Assembly: GCF_009914755.1 (NCBI RefSeq)
Contig: NC_060932.1
Strand: one strand, 5' to 3'
Source: the human T2T-CHM13v2.0 reference genome, Homo sapiens
Length of the DNA stretch: 64,000 nucleotides
This document shows, in pieces, positions 30,819-50,037 of the stretch. A program made the position numbers and the translations under genes. Every line of letters starts with the position of its first letter. Within the stretch, counting starts at the first letter, position 1. The notes beneath the pieces are model-generated. The model had not been told where the DNA came from, ran no database searches, and was given only the letters and a program-made list of their open reading frames with translations.

Positions 30819-32076
30819 CAGCCCACAGGCTTCATAACATCATCTCACACGTACCTGAGGACAGCCCCAGGAAGCGGGTGCTAGAATGATCCTCACTGTG
30901 CAGGGGCAAACCTGGGGAGACCCTGAGAGGCAAAGTGGGTTATCCAGGGTCACATAAGTGGTAAGGAGAAGCTGGGTCTAAACCCAGGTCTGTCCCTCAA
31001 AGCTGGGACCCTGGCTATACCCAGGCCTTCCACAGCAGCTGTAGAGAGGTGATCTTCTTGTAATTACGCACAGATATGGCGATGTCCCAGGGTAGGAGAT
31101 GAGAAGTCAGCCAAGAGGAGCACTTGGGGTCTTATCACAGGAGGGGCCAGGTAAGGTAAACTCAGGAAATGACCTCACTTCCTTGGCAATAGGTCCCAAT
31201 AGAACTTGGAATCCTTGTAATCAGGCACCCATAATTTAGAAACAGCTCCCTCCCCAGCTCACTTGGCCAAGATGCTCAAGAAAACATCCTGCTGTAGCCT
31301 GACTTATCCAGGCTGTAGCCTCAGGAAACCCTGGCATGAGAGCCTTTTCTGATGCTACAGATGTGGGTTCAGCCCTCACCACAAGCCATTTCCAGGAGAC
31401 CCCCAAAGGAAACACAGGCAGCCAGGGCAGGCCAGTCCAGGATAGGCCATCACTGTGAGCATGCCTGGGCAGCCCACACCCCTCTGCCTGAGGGCAGGGG
31501 AAAGGGGTTGTAAGGGGAGGTCTGCTCTTGGCAGGAACAGGTGGGTGGGAGGTGTCATCCTCGAGGTCATGTCATGCTAACACCCAGGATCCTGGCTGGC
31601 AGAGTGGGAAGGTGACGGCCGGGCTATTCTCATCTTCTCCAAAGTGAATCCCTGACCCTCAGGTGGCCATTTCCTTCCTTCTTGGGTAGAAGTCCTTGTC
31701 ATACAAGGATCTGTGTGCATAAACAGCCTGGATAATGGCAGGCAGGGCTCTGTGCTTCCTACTCTGCTGCAGGAATTGTCACTACAGAGCTCCATGCAGG
31801 AGAACAGCAGGAGCTGCTCGGTGGGGTCCTCTACTATATCTCCCTCCACGAGGGCAGAGGCCCCTCACTGCCAGCAAGGACCATGAGGGCTGCTGCTGAG
31901 TGTGGGTGCAGAGAGGACTCCACACTCGGGGACTGAGACAGCCAGAGAGGGCCCTGGGGCCCAGATGCCTCCCTAACCTCCTCCGTCCCAGGGCTTTGCT
32001 GCTGGAGGGGGCTGTGCTTCTGCTCCCACAGGCATCTGGGCCCCATGTCCTCCCTATTACAAGACAAACTTGGGAC

Positions 32077-32454
32077 TGTAATGTGCCCCCACAAACTGAG
32101 AAGGTGCTATTAGCCCAAAGACTGACTCAGACAAGCTCAGTTTGAGCAGTAGATGAGTTCATTGGGACTTACATGCAGGGCATCCCTGGATGGCAGCAGG
32201 ACAGCTCTAGAGACCTGTGCCACCTCCCACCTCTAAACTGCTTTTAGGCTGATGTTCTGGCTCTGCCTACTGTGTTTGAGCAGTAAGTTTGTTTGCTTTG
32301 GTGTGCTCTCAGATACTCTCTGGGATGTTCGGGTTCTCAGGAACACCTGCTTCTTGGCTAGGAACTGTGGCCTTGGCTCACCGACCAGCATACAAGTTTT
32401 GAGCAATTGACATAATGCCCTTAAGTAACCCAGGGAGGAACTCATCACACTACA
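32077..32454 (-). mobile_element. Probable ERV solo LTR (tentatively LTR47-like)
   Basis: TGTA...TACA termini; 'gggatgttcgggttctcagg.acacctgct', 'ggccttggctcacc' and 'cccttaagtaacc' recall an LTR consensus. Family assignment uncertain. Confidence 0.45.
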
Positions 32455-33080
32455 TTCCTCAATGCCACCTCACTGCCCAGTCATGTCCTTGGCCAGGTGC
32501 AAAGTCTCTGTTCCACATGTTCATTGGAATATCAAAAAATACACTATTTTATACTATTTCACTTCAGGCCATAATTATTTTGTATTTTACCGTGTTTTGA
32601 CTTCTGTCCCAGGTATCCTGGTAACAGGTGGCCTGTCTGTGATTCCACATCATCTCCTAGACTCACACATTAGCATGAGTAGTAGCACCGTTTACCCCAA
32701 AAGGACAGGGAATTATGCTATTGGGCACATTTCCCCACCATGCTGTCTTGAGGAAGACGTGCCCATAGCCAAGAAGGTTGGGACCAGGGGCCCCTGCTAT
32801 ACAGCTGGAAGGGAGGCCATCACCACAGCAATTCAGCCTTCCTCTGCTGTGGGACCTCCATGGGGTCTCTTCTGTGGCCATTTTCCCGACACCACAGTGA
32901 GAATCCTCCTGTGCAATGCACTGCCCCCTCTCACCCGGGTAAGCCTCTGTCTTCTCATCTCTAGAACAGGATGTTTTGTCAGGACTCACTGGGATAATCT
33001 TCTTAATACAGAATCATTACTCCGCTAACAACCTGATCTGAAAGTACTAATATTTTAAATTATTTCTTTCTGAAATTCTA

Positions 33081-33377
33081 CTTTTTTTTTTTTTGAGACA
33101 GGTTGTGGCTCTGCAGCCCAAACTGGAATGCAGTGGTGCAATCACAGCTCACTGCAGCCTCAGACTCCTGTGCTCAAGGGATCCTCTCACCTCAGCTGCT
33201 TGTGTAGATAGGACTATAGGTACACACCACCACACTCAGCTGATGTTTTTATTTTTTTGTAGAAACAGAGTCTCACTACATTGTCCAGGATGGTCATAAA
33301 CTCCTGGCCTCAAGTGATCTTCCCACCTTGGCTTCCTGAAGCAGTGGGATTATAGGTGAGAGCCACCATGCCTAGCC
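33081..33377 (-). mobile_element. AluJ-like element
   Basis: Poly-T then 'cacagctcactgcagcctc', a diverged Alu. Confidence 0.9.
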
Positions 33378-33379
33378 TA

Positions 33380-33632
33380 GAATAGGCAAATTGCTGGAAA
33401 AATTTATTGAGACAGAAAGTAGATTCATAGTACCCTAAGGTCAGGGGTTGAAAGGAAAAGGGATGGTGACTGCTAATGGGTATGGGGTTCCTTTTTGTAT
33501 TGGTGAAAATGGTCTAAAGTTGGTCATGGTGATAGTTGCACAATTTTATGAATATGCTAGAACTATTAAATTGTACACTTTAAATGAGTGAACTGTATTT
33601 GAATTATATCTCAATAAAACTATTTTTAAAAA
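33380..33632 (+). mobile_element. L1MB 3'-end fragment
   Basis: 'gagacagaaagtagatt...gactgctaatgggtatgggg...gaattatatctcaataaa'. Confidence 0.8.
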
Positions 33633-35109
33633 GATGTCTGACTAGTGCAGCAGGGTATAAGAGAGAGAGGCAGGTAGACGGGTGCAGGGGCATTGTGGCT
33701 TCCACTCCAGGCTGAAATCTCTCAGAGGAGTTAGGGCTGAGGGGAAAGCCAAAGGCAGAGGGGCTGTTCCCCTGTTCACTGTTTTGAACTTTGGTTGGAT
33801 GGGGCTGCAATCACAGAGCAAGATGTGCTATGGCAGGGCAGAGGGAGTCTCGTTAGCATACTGGGGACCTGAAGGCCACAGGGGAGGTCCATGATCACCA
33901 ACTCTGCTGCAAGCTGACACCTGCTTCCAGGGGCCACCATGGTAAATGGGTGTGAACCTGTTGCAAAGGCCATAGCACAAACAGCCCTCCAGAAAACAGA
34001 CATGGCCATGGAAGAGACTTGGGGTTGGGGTGGTGGGGAAAGGGCCCACAGCCCCACCAGGCACTGACCCAGAAAAGAGAGTAAATACATCATCACCAGG
34101 CACACCTTAGCAGAATCTGCAGGCACCAGGAAACATAGCCAGCTGGTGGCTCTAGAGCAGAAATTAGTGAAGACTCAAAGAACTCATGCAGACCCAAAAC
34201 CCCTTTCTTACATTACATATGCCCATTGCCTGGGCCACCACCATGGATACCCGAAAGGCTGAATATTTACCCCAAGAGACAGAGCCAGGTGCTAAGAGAC
34301 TATCTGAACTGTAAGAGAATGAGACAATATTAAATGGAAAATTGAAAGGGTTTCACTCCAACTCCCCCTTGTATCCCAGCATGGTGGAGGCTGGTGAGAG
34401 AGCCAATTAGTTATAAAAAATGGATTCTACCTTTTCTTTGCCTGAGTAAAAGTGTATATGACTTTTAATTCCATTACATACTCTTTGACCGAGAGAGAAC
34501 AGAGATCATTCCGAATCCTGGCAGGCAGTTTCTCTCACTGGACAATCTCCCACTCTGGAACTCTTGTGGCTGTTCCTGCTAATTTTGCAAACCTGAAAGT
34601 CAGACTTTTATGCCTGTCACCCATGCTGTGTTAGGAGGCTCTGTGGAGAGTCATATATATCTTAAGTTTTCCTGGGTAAGTTTTCTGGAGTATTCATTTA
34701 TGTGTGAAACAGACTTGGTCCCAAACCATTTGAACTCGGGAGAATGAACTGTCATTGGTTCAGGGAGTTAAAACATATTTCCCCAGGAGCTGATGATTTC
34801 AAAAGGGTATTTTTTTATTCTGAGCTAGATAGACATTCATCATCAAATAGGTATATAGCATATGTCTTCATTTCTGGCCATCAACTCCAGATGTAGGCTC
34901 TGACTGGATTTCTGGCCAGTCTCACTGAGTTAATATTTGGATGGAGCTTTAAAGTTTTCATAGTACCTTCCTGTGCATTTATCACATCAGGCAGTGGTAC
35001 TGGTAGTGAATGATTTGTGCCTTTGTCTGCTGATCCAAACACCTTGCCTATGGGGTTTTGCCTCTTTCTAAGAATTTCTTCAAGAGGCTAATTCAGTTAC
35101 TCAAAGCAT

Positions 35110-35700
35110 GAAAGAACTTAAAGCAGAAATAGCATTTGACCCAGAAATCCCATTACTGGGTATACACAAAGAAAAATACATTGTTCTACCAAAAAGACAT
35201 TTGTACCTTTATGTTCATCACAGCACTATTCACAATAGCAAAGACATGGAATCACCTAGGCGCCCATCAACTGTGGATTAAAGAAAGAAAATGTGGTATA
35301 TATACACCATGGAATACTACACAGCCATAAAACAACAAAATCATGTCCTTTGCATCAACATTGATGGAGCTGGAGGCCATTATTCTAAGCAAATTAATGA
35401 AAGTACAGAAAAGCAAATACTGAATGTTCTTACTTATAAGTGGGAACTAAACATTGAATACACATAGACACAAAGATGGAAACAACAGACACTGGGGCCT
35501 ACTAGGTATGCAAGAGAGGGAGGGAAATGTGTGCTGAAAAACTACCTGCTGGGTACTATGCTTACTACCTGGGTGATGGGAGCATTTATACCTTAAACTT
35601 CTGCATCATGCAATATGTCCATCTAACCAATTTGCACATTTACCCTTCAATCTATATTAAAAGTTGAAATTTTCTAAAAATTAAGCAAACAAACAAAAAT
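35110..35700 (+). mobile_element. L1PB-like 3' end
   Basis: ORF2 C-terminal remnant ([17 protein letters not shown]) and 3'UTR 'aaaaactacct..gggtactatgct'. Confidence 0.85.
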
Positions 35701-37183
35701 AAAAATACATTGAACTAATTAAAAATGCAAACACAACTTAACATTTGTGGGAAACTTCTTACGCATTGCTGAAATAGGAAGTTATAACACTACATCTATA
35801 TATCAGAAAAGGGAGTGGCCTCAAATCAATAATCTAAGCTCCCAACTCAACAAACTGGAAAAAAAGAGCAAAATACATCTAAAACCAGGAGGAAAAAAGA
35901 AATCATAAAGATAACAACTTCAATCAATGAAATCGAAAACAACAAAATACTATAAAGAAAATCTATGAAACCAAAAGTTGGTTCTTTGTAAAGATCAATA
36001 ATGTTGTCAAACCTCTTGCAGTGATTACAAAGAAAAAAGAAGAAACAAATTATTAATATCAAAAGTATTGGGGAACCTGCCCCAATAGTCACGTAGGTTC
36101 TTTTCTATTTTCCCTAAGCGTCAGCTGGTTTGAGAAATAAAGGGACAGAGTACCAAAGAGATAAATTTTAAAGCCGGGGGAGACATCACATGTCGGTAGG
36201 TTCCATGATGCCCCACAAGCCGCAAAACCAGCAAGTTTTTATTAGGGACTTTCAAAAGGGGAGGGAGTGTACGAATAGGGTGTGGGTCACAGAGATCACG
36301 TACTTCGCAAGGTAATAGAATATCACAAGGCAAATGGAGGTAGGGTGAGATCACAGGACCACAGGACCGGGGTGAAATTAAAATTGCCAATGAAGTTTCA
36401 GGCACTGCTGTCATTGATAACATCTTATCAGGAGACAGGGTTTTGAGAGCAACCAGTCTGACCAAAATTTATTAGGCGGGAATTTCCTTTTCCTAATAAT
36501 CCTGGGAGCGCTATGGGAGACTGGGGTTTATTTCACCCCTACAGTTTCAACCATAGAAGATGGCCACACCCAAGGGGGCCAGTTCAGAGACCCACCCCCA
36601 GGCACGTATTCTCTTTCCCAGGGATGTTCCTTGCTGAGAAAAAGAATTCAGTGATATTTCTCCCATTTGCTTTTGAAAGAAGAGAAATATGGCTCTGTTC
36701 CACCTGGCTCACCAGCAGTCAGAGTTTAAGGTTATCTCTCTTGTTCTCTAAACATTGCTGTTATCCTGTTCTTTTTTCAAGGTGCCCAGATTTCATATTG
36801 TTTAAACACACATGCTCTACAATTTGTGCAGTTAAAGCAAGTATCACAGGGTCCTGAGGTGACATACATCCTCCTCAGCTGACAGGATTAAGAGATTAAA
36901 GTAAAGACAGGCATAGGAAATCACAAGGGTATTGATTGGGGTAGTGATAAGTGTCCATGAAATCTTCACAATTTATGTTTAGAGATTGCAGTAAAGACAG
37001 GCATAAGAAATTATGAAAGTATTAATTTGGGGAACTAATAAATGTCCATGAAATCTTCACAATCCATGTTCTTCTGCCATGGCTTCAGTCAGTCCCTCCG
37101 TTTGGGGTCCCTGACTTCCCGCAACACAAAAGGAAACAGGTTATCACTAGAGGCCCTTCAGACATTTACAGGAAAATAAGAGG
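35701..37183 (+). mobile_element. Older L1 ORF2 fragment split by MER11 and truncated at ~37183
   Basis: 'aaaccaaaagttggttctttgtaaagatcaata' before the LTR, resuming as 'tatcactagaggcccttcagacatt' after it. Confidence 0.7.
36066..37126 (-). mobile_element. MER11 solo LTR (HERV-K11/HML-8)
   Basis: Minus-strand start TGTTGCGGGAAGTCAGGGACCCC; 1061 bp; internal ~90-bp tandem unit; perfect 6-bp TSD CAAAAG (36060-36065 and 37127-37132). Confidence 0.93.
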
Positions 37184-37346
37184 CAAATAGGGTCCTTTCT
37201 AATTTAGCCTACATAACCAGTTTATCAAAATATTTATGATGTCATAAAAAAGGTTAGAATGTTATAATTTTTTTTTACCGTCTATTTCCCAACTGTTAAA
37301 AAATGTCACACATTTTTATTATGGTAACACCTGACTTTGGCAGTTT

Positions 37347-37797
37347 ATATTAGTTAGAGTAACTATGCCTCCATAACAAAACTAACAATAATTTAGTGAG
37401 TCAAGCAATTAAAAGTCCCCCCCCCACCAACACCTCTGCTGTCATGTACCAATCAGGCTGGTTCAAGTAAACAGGAAGTTGGCCTCAGATGGTTATTGAG
37501 GTACCCAGGCCTGGCAACTCTGCAATCCTTAGCACATGACTTTTGAGGTAACTTCCAAGATCACTCTGCTCATTTCCTTCCTGGCTAAGAGAAACAGGGA
37601 ATTGAATATGGAGAAAGCATGCTGCTATCTGGAAGACCCACCCTCAAGTGGTACATACCAGTGCCATTCACATTCTGCTGCCTAAATTACTCACTTTGCC
37701 TCACCCAACTTTCACAAAGCATGGCAAATGTAGTCTATATCTGTGCTCAGTAAGAACAGCAGCATACATTTTGGTGAACAACTACAGTCTCTGACAG
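37347..37797 (-). mobile_element. Old MaLR LTR, MLT1J/K-like
   Basis: 'tattagttag', 'ccattcacattctg', 'ggcaaatgtagtcta', 'tttggtgaaca'. Confidence 0.55.
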
Positions 37798-38265
37798 AAC
37801 TGCTATTATCAAATGAGTTAGGAGAGGGTACATAAATTCAGTAAGGGAGAGAATGGAGATCGATTTGAAAGAAATTTTCTCTATTTTCATTGCATGTAGC
37901 TCTGGGTGGCTGACATAGTATAAAGGTCTAAGTAAGAGCCAACCACAATATAGAGAATTTAATATTGAGATGTTCTGAATACAAAGAAATATTACCAGTA
38001 TTGTCCTCTAGGAATTACTTCATTGTCAATTTATAGAGGAAAAAGTATGTGTTGCTGAATCACACTGATATTCAATAATGCAAATTTACGTATAGCAAGT
38101 ATCACATACGTATTGCTATATGAATCAGCTCAATAAATAATTATTGATTAATAAAATAGAGTTCTATTCCTTTCTAGGGTTATTTTCTAGAATATCTTAT
38201 CACTTGGAAAAGTACTATTTGGTTATAAAGTTGGATTTTTAAGTGTCAAGAGATAGATTAATATG

Positions 38266-38678
38266 TGATATGGTTTGGGTGTTCACCCCCTCCAAATCTC
38301 ATGTCAAAATGTGATCCCCAGTGTTGGAGATGGACACTCACAGGTGGCGTTTGTGTCATGGGGGTGGATCTTTCATGAATGGCTTGGTGCAATCCCTGGG
38401 ATAATGAGTGAGTTCCTGCTCTATTAGTCATGTGAGAGCTGATTGTTAAAAAGAGCCTGGCACCTCCTCCTTTCCCTCTTTTTCCCTCTTTCACCATATA
38501 ACACACCTGCTTGCCCTTCACCTTCTGCTACAGTTATGTGTCCTGAGGTCTCACCAGAAGCAGAGGCTGGCACCATGCTTGCTCAGCATGCAGAACCGTG
38601 AGTCAAATAATCCTCTTTTCTTTATAAATTACCCAGCCTTAGGTATTCCTTTACAGAAACACAAAACGAACTAACACA
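38266..38678 (+). mobile_element. MaLR solo LTR, MSTB-like
   Basis: 'tgatatggtttgg..ccaaatctcatg' to 'aattacccagcc..aggtattccttt..ctaacaca'. 5-bp TSD ATATG/GTATG. Confidence 0.88.
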
Positions 38679-39464
38679 GTATGCATTACCAAAAGCATGA
38701 TTTTACTTAATAAAGTTAATTAATGAATGATTTACATTTCATATTGAATATTTATTTTAAAACAGATCCATTAGAGCAAAATTTTGAAAAATATTAAGAT
38801 TTAGAACAGTAATAAAATCTCTAATCCTTGACTGTTTTATTATTAATTGTTTTTCTAATCATAGTATTTTAACCAGCTATCTTTGGTATAGATGCTGAAA
38901 ATATTTAAATTTTATATGGTTTTAAAACTATTAATACAAATATGAAAGCAAATAATTTTGTCTACCATTATTCTTTTTGTGTTTGTGTGTGTATATGTAT
39001 TCTAGGTATGTTTATGTATTGTTAAAATTTGCATGGGTCTATAATAGCAATCTTAATCTCAATACAAATGCAAGAGAGAATTAAGGCCAATAGTTAGAAA
39101 TATTTTGCACAAGCAAAAACAAAAAAATGCACGCATGTAATAGTAAACTATTAACAAGGAAAAAGTGGGATTGTTGCCTTGATGAACTTTACATGGATGT
39201 AATAGGGGAAGTCATTTAGTGGTTAACTCTTCATGCTGTGAGAGGCATTGTCTATTTGTCTGCAGCATTGGAAGTGCAGGCAGAATGAGCTGGGGCTGAC
39301 ATATTTGAATTTGATGGGGCTCGTCTACAACCAAAACCAGAATATATCCTTATACTAGGACACAACATTGTTTCTAAGAACTTAACTTTAGTTTCTTTTT
39401 ATTTAATAACTCAAAATTGAGCCAAATTTTTTAGGAAGCTCGCATAGGTTTACCTTCTTAAAAC

Positions 39465-39660
39465 AAATTTTTATTTCAAGTTATTTTGGGAACATAATAG
39501 GTATATCCATATGTATTATGGGATCCATGTGATGTTTTTATACAAGCATACAATGTGTAATGATCAAATCAGGATAATTGGGGTTTCCATCACCTCAAAT
39601 ATTTATCATTGTTTTGTGTTAGAAACATTCCAATTCTACTCTTTTCATTATTCTAAAACA
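39465..39660 (-). mobile_element. L1MA 3'-end fragment
   Basis: 'catacaatgtgtaatgatcaaatcagg...catcacctcaaatatttatcatt'. Confidence 0.75.
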
Positions 39661-40388
39661 GGCATTTCATTCACAATGGCCACTTAAGTGAAAACAAAAA
39701 AATATTGCTGTTACATAACAGCATATAGGTGATTTTCTTGATAGAATTACTTTGAAAATCAGGAAGGCATTTACCGTCTTATCAAAGCATGTGCGGGTAC
39801 TTCTCTGGGCCAATCTGGAGTGTATCCGATGATGGTCTCTAAGCCATCTCCTTTATTTAAAGGGATTTCACTTGCACTGTAGTACATTTAGATAATAACA
39901 TGGGACAGAGTCAGGACTGAGTAAGCTGTTGGCCAAAAGAGTGTAAACAAAATGAAAATTTCAAGTAGAGTCTTGTGAATTGTTTATTAATGCCACATTT
40001 ATTCCAGGAGAATACTGGCACTGAAAGTAATTTGCTTTTCTAATTGAGATTTTTATACTCTATTTTTTCCTCTTAAAAAAAGAATTATTTTAGTTTCTAA
40101 GAAGTTTTGCTTTCCTCGTAAAATAAGATCTTGTTATACAGTTTCAATTATCTTATTTTTATTTTTATGTAATTGATTTCTCTATTAGTTTAAAACCATT
40201 TGAAATAGATAAAAAGTTAATTTTATATAAACAAGACATTCCTCCAAAATGGGAGAAGAAAATGGTCTAACTTTTCTGCTTGTCATGATATTTTAAACTC
40301 ATCTAATTCAGGGACTGTGTCCTTCAAAAGTTTCTAGGGTGACTTGTGCAGAACATTACACAGAGTAAGATCCTTAAACATTTTATAG

Positions 40389-40701
<313 letters not shown>

Positions 40702-41018
40702 AAATATTTCTTAGATAACATTTGATGGAGATTTCTTTTTCATTTGCACAAAATACAGAATTAGAAACCTCACCTAGAGTTGCTGTTTAATGTACACGTT
40801 TTCCAAGACAATAGGTAAACAAGGAAGATCCCTTTATAGCTTAGTGAAAACTATGATGATATTAAATTTTAAGTTTCTCAAGAGTAAAGACCATACTTTG
40901 ATCATAGTCACATTTCCAAGAAAATCTAACATTGTTTTCTAATGAAAGTAGGTGTTTAATAAATATTTTTTTCTTTTAACACAAACAGATACAACATGAA
41001 GGACAAGTGGCCAAGTTT

Positions 41019-45727
<4,709 letters not shown>

Positions 45728-46064
45728 TAAAGAGAGTGGGAGAGGCACAACCACTTCTTGAAATCTGGGTGGGACACTCCTAATCATTCTTAACTAGTCA
45801 TATTGGCTGGAACTAACTACATGGCCAGATGCAGATGCGATGGAGACGCAGCGGGTGGAAGGGGGGATTTAAGCAGAAGCAATTAAAATCAAAGCAAGCA
45901 GGCATAAAAGTGCCTTGTATATTCCAAGAATGGAGATTTGTCTGCTTCTCTCCAAAATTACGTGTAGAAAGCAAGGGATAAGGACTGGAGTCAAAAGATA
46001 ACATAAAACTAAAGTGTGAGGAACTTGAAAAGTGGATGGGGTCTGAAATTTTGGGGGTCCGTAA

Positions 46065-46530
46065 TTTTTTTCTTGAGACAGAGTCTTGCTCTGTGGCCCA
46101 AGCTGGAGTGCAGTGTGGCAATCACAGCTCATTGCAGTCTCAGCCTCCTGGGCTCCAGCGATCCTCCCTCCTTAGCCTCTTGAGTAGCTAGGACTACAAG
46201 TACATGCCACTATGTCTGGCTAATTTTAAATTTTTTGTGTGGAGACAGGCTCTCACTCTGTCACCCAGGCTGGAATGAAGTGGTGCAATCATGCCTTACT
46301 GGAGCCTCGACCTCCCAGGCTCAAGTGACCTTCCCACCTCAGCCTCCAGAGTAACTGGGACTGCAGTTGGTGCCACCACACCTGGCTAATTTTGAAATTT
46401 TCAGTTTGTAGAAATGGGGTCTCCCTATGTTCCCCACGCTGGTCTTCAACTATTGGACTCAAAGGATCCTCCTGCCTCAGCCTCCCAAAGTGCTGGGAAT
46501 ACGCGCATGAGCCAGCGCACCCAGCCTGGC
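46065..46530 (-). mobile_element. AluJ-like element with an extra right monomer (three-arm arrangement)
   Basis: Two successive 'gagaca..tct..ctctgt..ccca.gctgga' right arms followed by one left arm. Confidence 0.85.
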
Positions 46531-48352
46531 TCTGTATTTTAAACGACAGTGTTTATTTCTAGCCCCATGGCAGATTGGAATCACAAAAGTCTGGATGGGG
46601 CTTGGAGAAATACATAGTTTCCAGAGTGAAGCTCGTCATTGGCACAATAATTACCTGCATATTTATTAAATTCTTGAAGCAGGAGGAAGACACTTAGGTT
46701 CTCCATGTCCTGAACACTGGCTTGTGCAGCATCAAGACACCCAGCCCAGAGAATGGAGATCTAGAACAGAACACGGACTGTAACAGCTAAACCTGGATGT
46801 TTCATCATCAGGCCTCTGTCTAGATCTTTGGAAAATGCATACATTTGCATATAATCTTTGGAAATAACGTTTTCATCTCATCCACACAGCTTTTCTCCCC
46901 ACGTTTTTACCTATTACAAATAATTAATCTATTGGGCACCACATGTTTATTTCAAAACCTTTTATTTGGGATATATTTTACTTCTAGATCGAAACACACA
47001 AGTTTAGTTATGTTATAATAAAAATGCGTTGGGTTTATCTATGAGCTAAAGCATCACTGGAACATGACCAGTGTACACATTAGAGGATTTGTGGCAAATA
47101 AATGCAGTTATTACTTTAAGTGTCAAGCATTTATTGCTATTCATATGTTTTCTTCATTAGAAAGCCAATGATGAACATGACACTACATTTTTATGTAGTC
47201 TTGGTTCTCTTTAGAAAAAAGTTATAAAAATAGTGAGAATGAAGCTGCATAACTAAGAAATAAAATAATTTGATAACCAAGTACTGTTGCTTTAAATATA
47301 ATCTAGAATATAATGGACCGTTACACACAAAAATATTATTAATGATACTTTATTTTCTAGCATGGCATAATATAATAAAAAGGAGTTTTTAACTACTTTT
47401 ATTTTGTTGTTGGATAATTGGATAATTAGTATTAGTGATAATAATAAGTAATTCAGTTTTTTTCATTTATCTTGTCAGCAATAAAAAATAATGATATAAA
47501 AAAGTTGGAACTTGCTTCCTGACACTGAAAACATTGAAAGGCCTACACAGTTATTTGCAGTGGAACAGCACAAAGATCCCTGCAGGGCTAAATGAATATT
47601 GAAATATTTTCCCTTGATATTTCAGATTCTCATGGATGATAAAAATGCCTTCAAAGAATGACCAGAAAAGTTACATAAATTGAATTATAATAGCTAAGTA
47701 AAATATCAGATTAATTAGAAAATCCCCCATTGTTTCATGAAAATAAAAAATATTTTTTTTTACTCCTTGGTTAATTGCAATAAATAATACCCTCAATGTC
47801 AAATCTTAGGAGATTGACAACAAATTTAGAAGAGAATCTCAAAGTCATTTTATTTATACAAAGAAAACATTTATAAATATAAATTGAAACAGTCTGACTG
47901 CAATGCAGCATACCCAACCATATTGTTTGCAGTATTAGAGTACAAATGATAGGGTTCTTCATTTCCAAATGAAATGTAAGGTTCACTTTATACATTTTCT
48001 CTTTAGAGAACATAGAGAAAGATTCAGCTCTCTCCCTGGTCAGCAAATGAACCAATATTGTAATGCCTGCTATTGGTATTTTTAAAGTGTTCTGCAAATT
48101 GAAGGCATTAAAGAGCCATTTGTAAATAATAGAACATTTCCAAAACTACAAAATGAGAACATTATTTCTTCTATAATACTTATTAACTTTCTGTATAGTT
48201 AGAAAAGTTTTAGAAGTATTATTCCTCCACAAATAGGGAAAAAATGCACAAGTTTATTCAGTGTGCCATTATTGGAAAAAAAAAAAACCAGGGACCACAA
48301 TTAATGCTCATCAACATAGAACACATACCCAAGTGGAATATTTTTCAACTAA

Positions 48353-48383
<31 letters not shown>

Positions 48384-49674
48384 ATAAAAAGTCACCAGGA
48401 TATATTTGTAAGTGATCAAAGCAAGGGGTACAGGATATTGTATATATTGTGTAAAAAAAGAATAAATAAGAATATATCCAAACACTAGACATATATCTGG
48501 ATATCAACTAGGAACTAATGAAAATGATGGGTAACAACAGGGTAGATGATTTTGGAGTAGAAGCAAGACTTGTATATTTTAAAATGATAGTTTTGATCTT
48601 TTATTTTAAATATACAAAAATTAAATTAAAGACAACAGAAACAACTGCTAGAATTGAAAACATTAACAAGAAAAATAGAATATTTTTAGAGACTAAATTA
48701 GCATGACCAAATTAGACACCCAAGATGAGAAGCCAGCTAGGGAATTGATAGGGGGATGTGTGGGGCTATAATCTCTTCTCTAATTTAGAACTTATCCCCA
48801 CCATCATGATATTGAAAACTGCAATAGACATTCTGTCTTCACATAATATTTCACTTGATACTTTTCCCTGGAACTGAGCTAGCAGGCTATTCCATAAATT
48901 TTTCTAGTATGTCCTTTAAAAAAGTTGGTGCAGTTTAGTTTTTATTGTGAGATGGCTGAAAAAACAGTTCACTGTGTCCCACAGATCTGTTCATAAGCTG
49001 TGATGCAGCCAACTGGCAATTAATGTTCTGATTACTTTATTCATAATGCATAGAGCTCGTCAAAGGGGTCAATGAAAAGAAGATAAATAGAAACTGATTA
49101 CAGCACAAGTCAAGTGTGTAAATAAACATCATAATCTCATTTTGACACCCAGGGTTTGTAGGCAGTTCAGCAACCCTCAGTCATGCCCCAAGCAGGTGAC
49201 CACCTTGCACTGGTGGACAACCCAGCAGATGCCTGGTCGATAGACGCTCCCATCATGCCTCTTCCAGGCCCTGAGAACTACACCTCTTTCAGATCAAATT
49301 CAAAAGTCTCTGGCCTGGCATGCCAGGTTCTTAGTATTCTTATTCTGCTTTTCTCTCCAGCTTGCTGAAATGATTCTATCTATATCTCTACCTCTATCTA
49401 TTATCTATCTATCTTCTATCCTATTCTGTACTTCCTCTATTCTAAATGTCATGCCCATATTTTCCTATGCTTCCATCTTTTTTTTTAACCACTGAAGATC
49501 TATCATTTCTGCCATCTTTCTGTCTTAATAAGACTACCTCTTATTGATTTCATAGTGAAAACTTCCCACAATTTATCTGTCCCTCTATCCCTTTTTGGTT
49601 ATACAATTCGCTTTATAATGTTAGAATATCTCAACATTTTCTTAAGATGATTTAGGTATTTAAAAGATATTTCC

Positions 49675-50037
<363 letters not shown>

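Noticed and set aside
36895-37070. Direct repeat GTAAAGACAGGCATA...GTCCATGAAATCTTCACAAT
   Set aside because: It lies within the MER11 LTR and, as I recall, is an intrinsic tandem repeat of that family.
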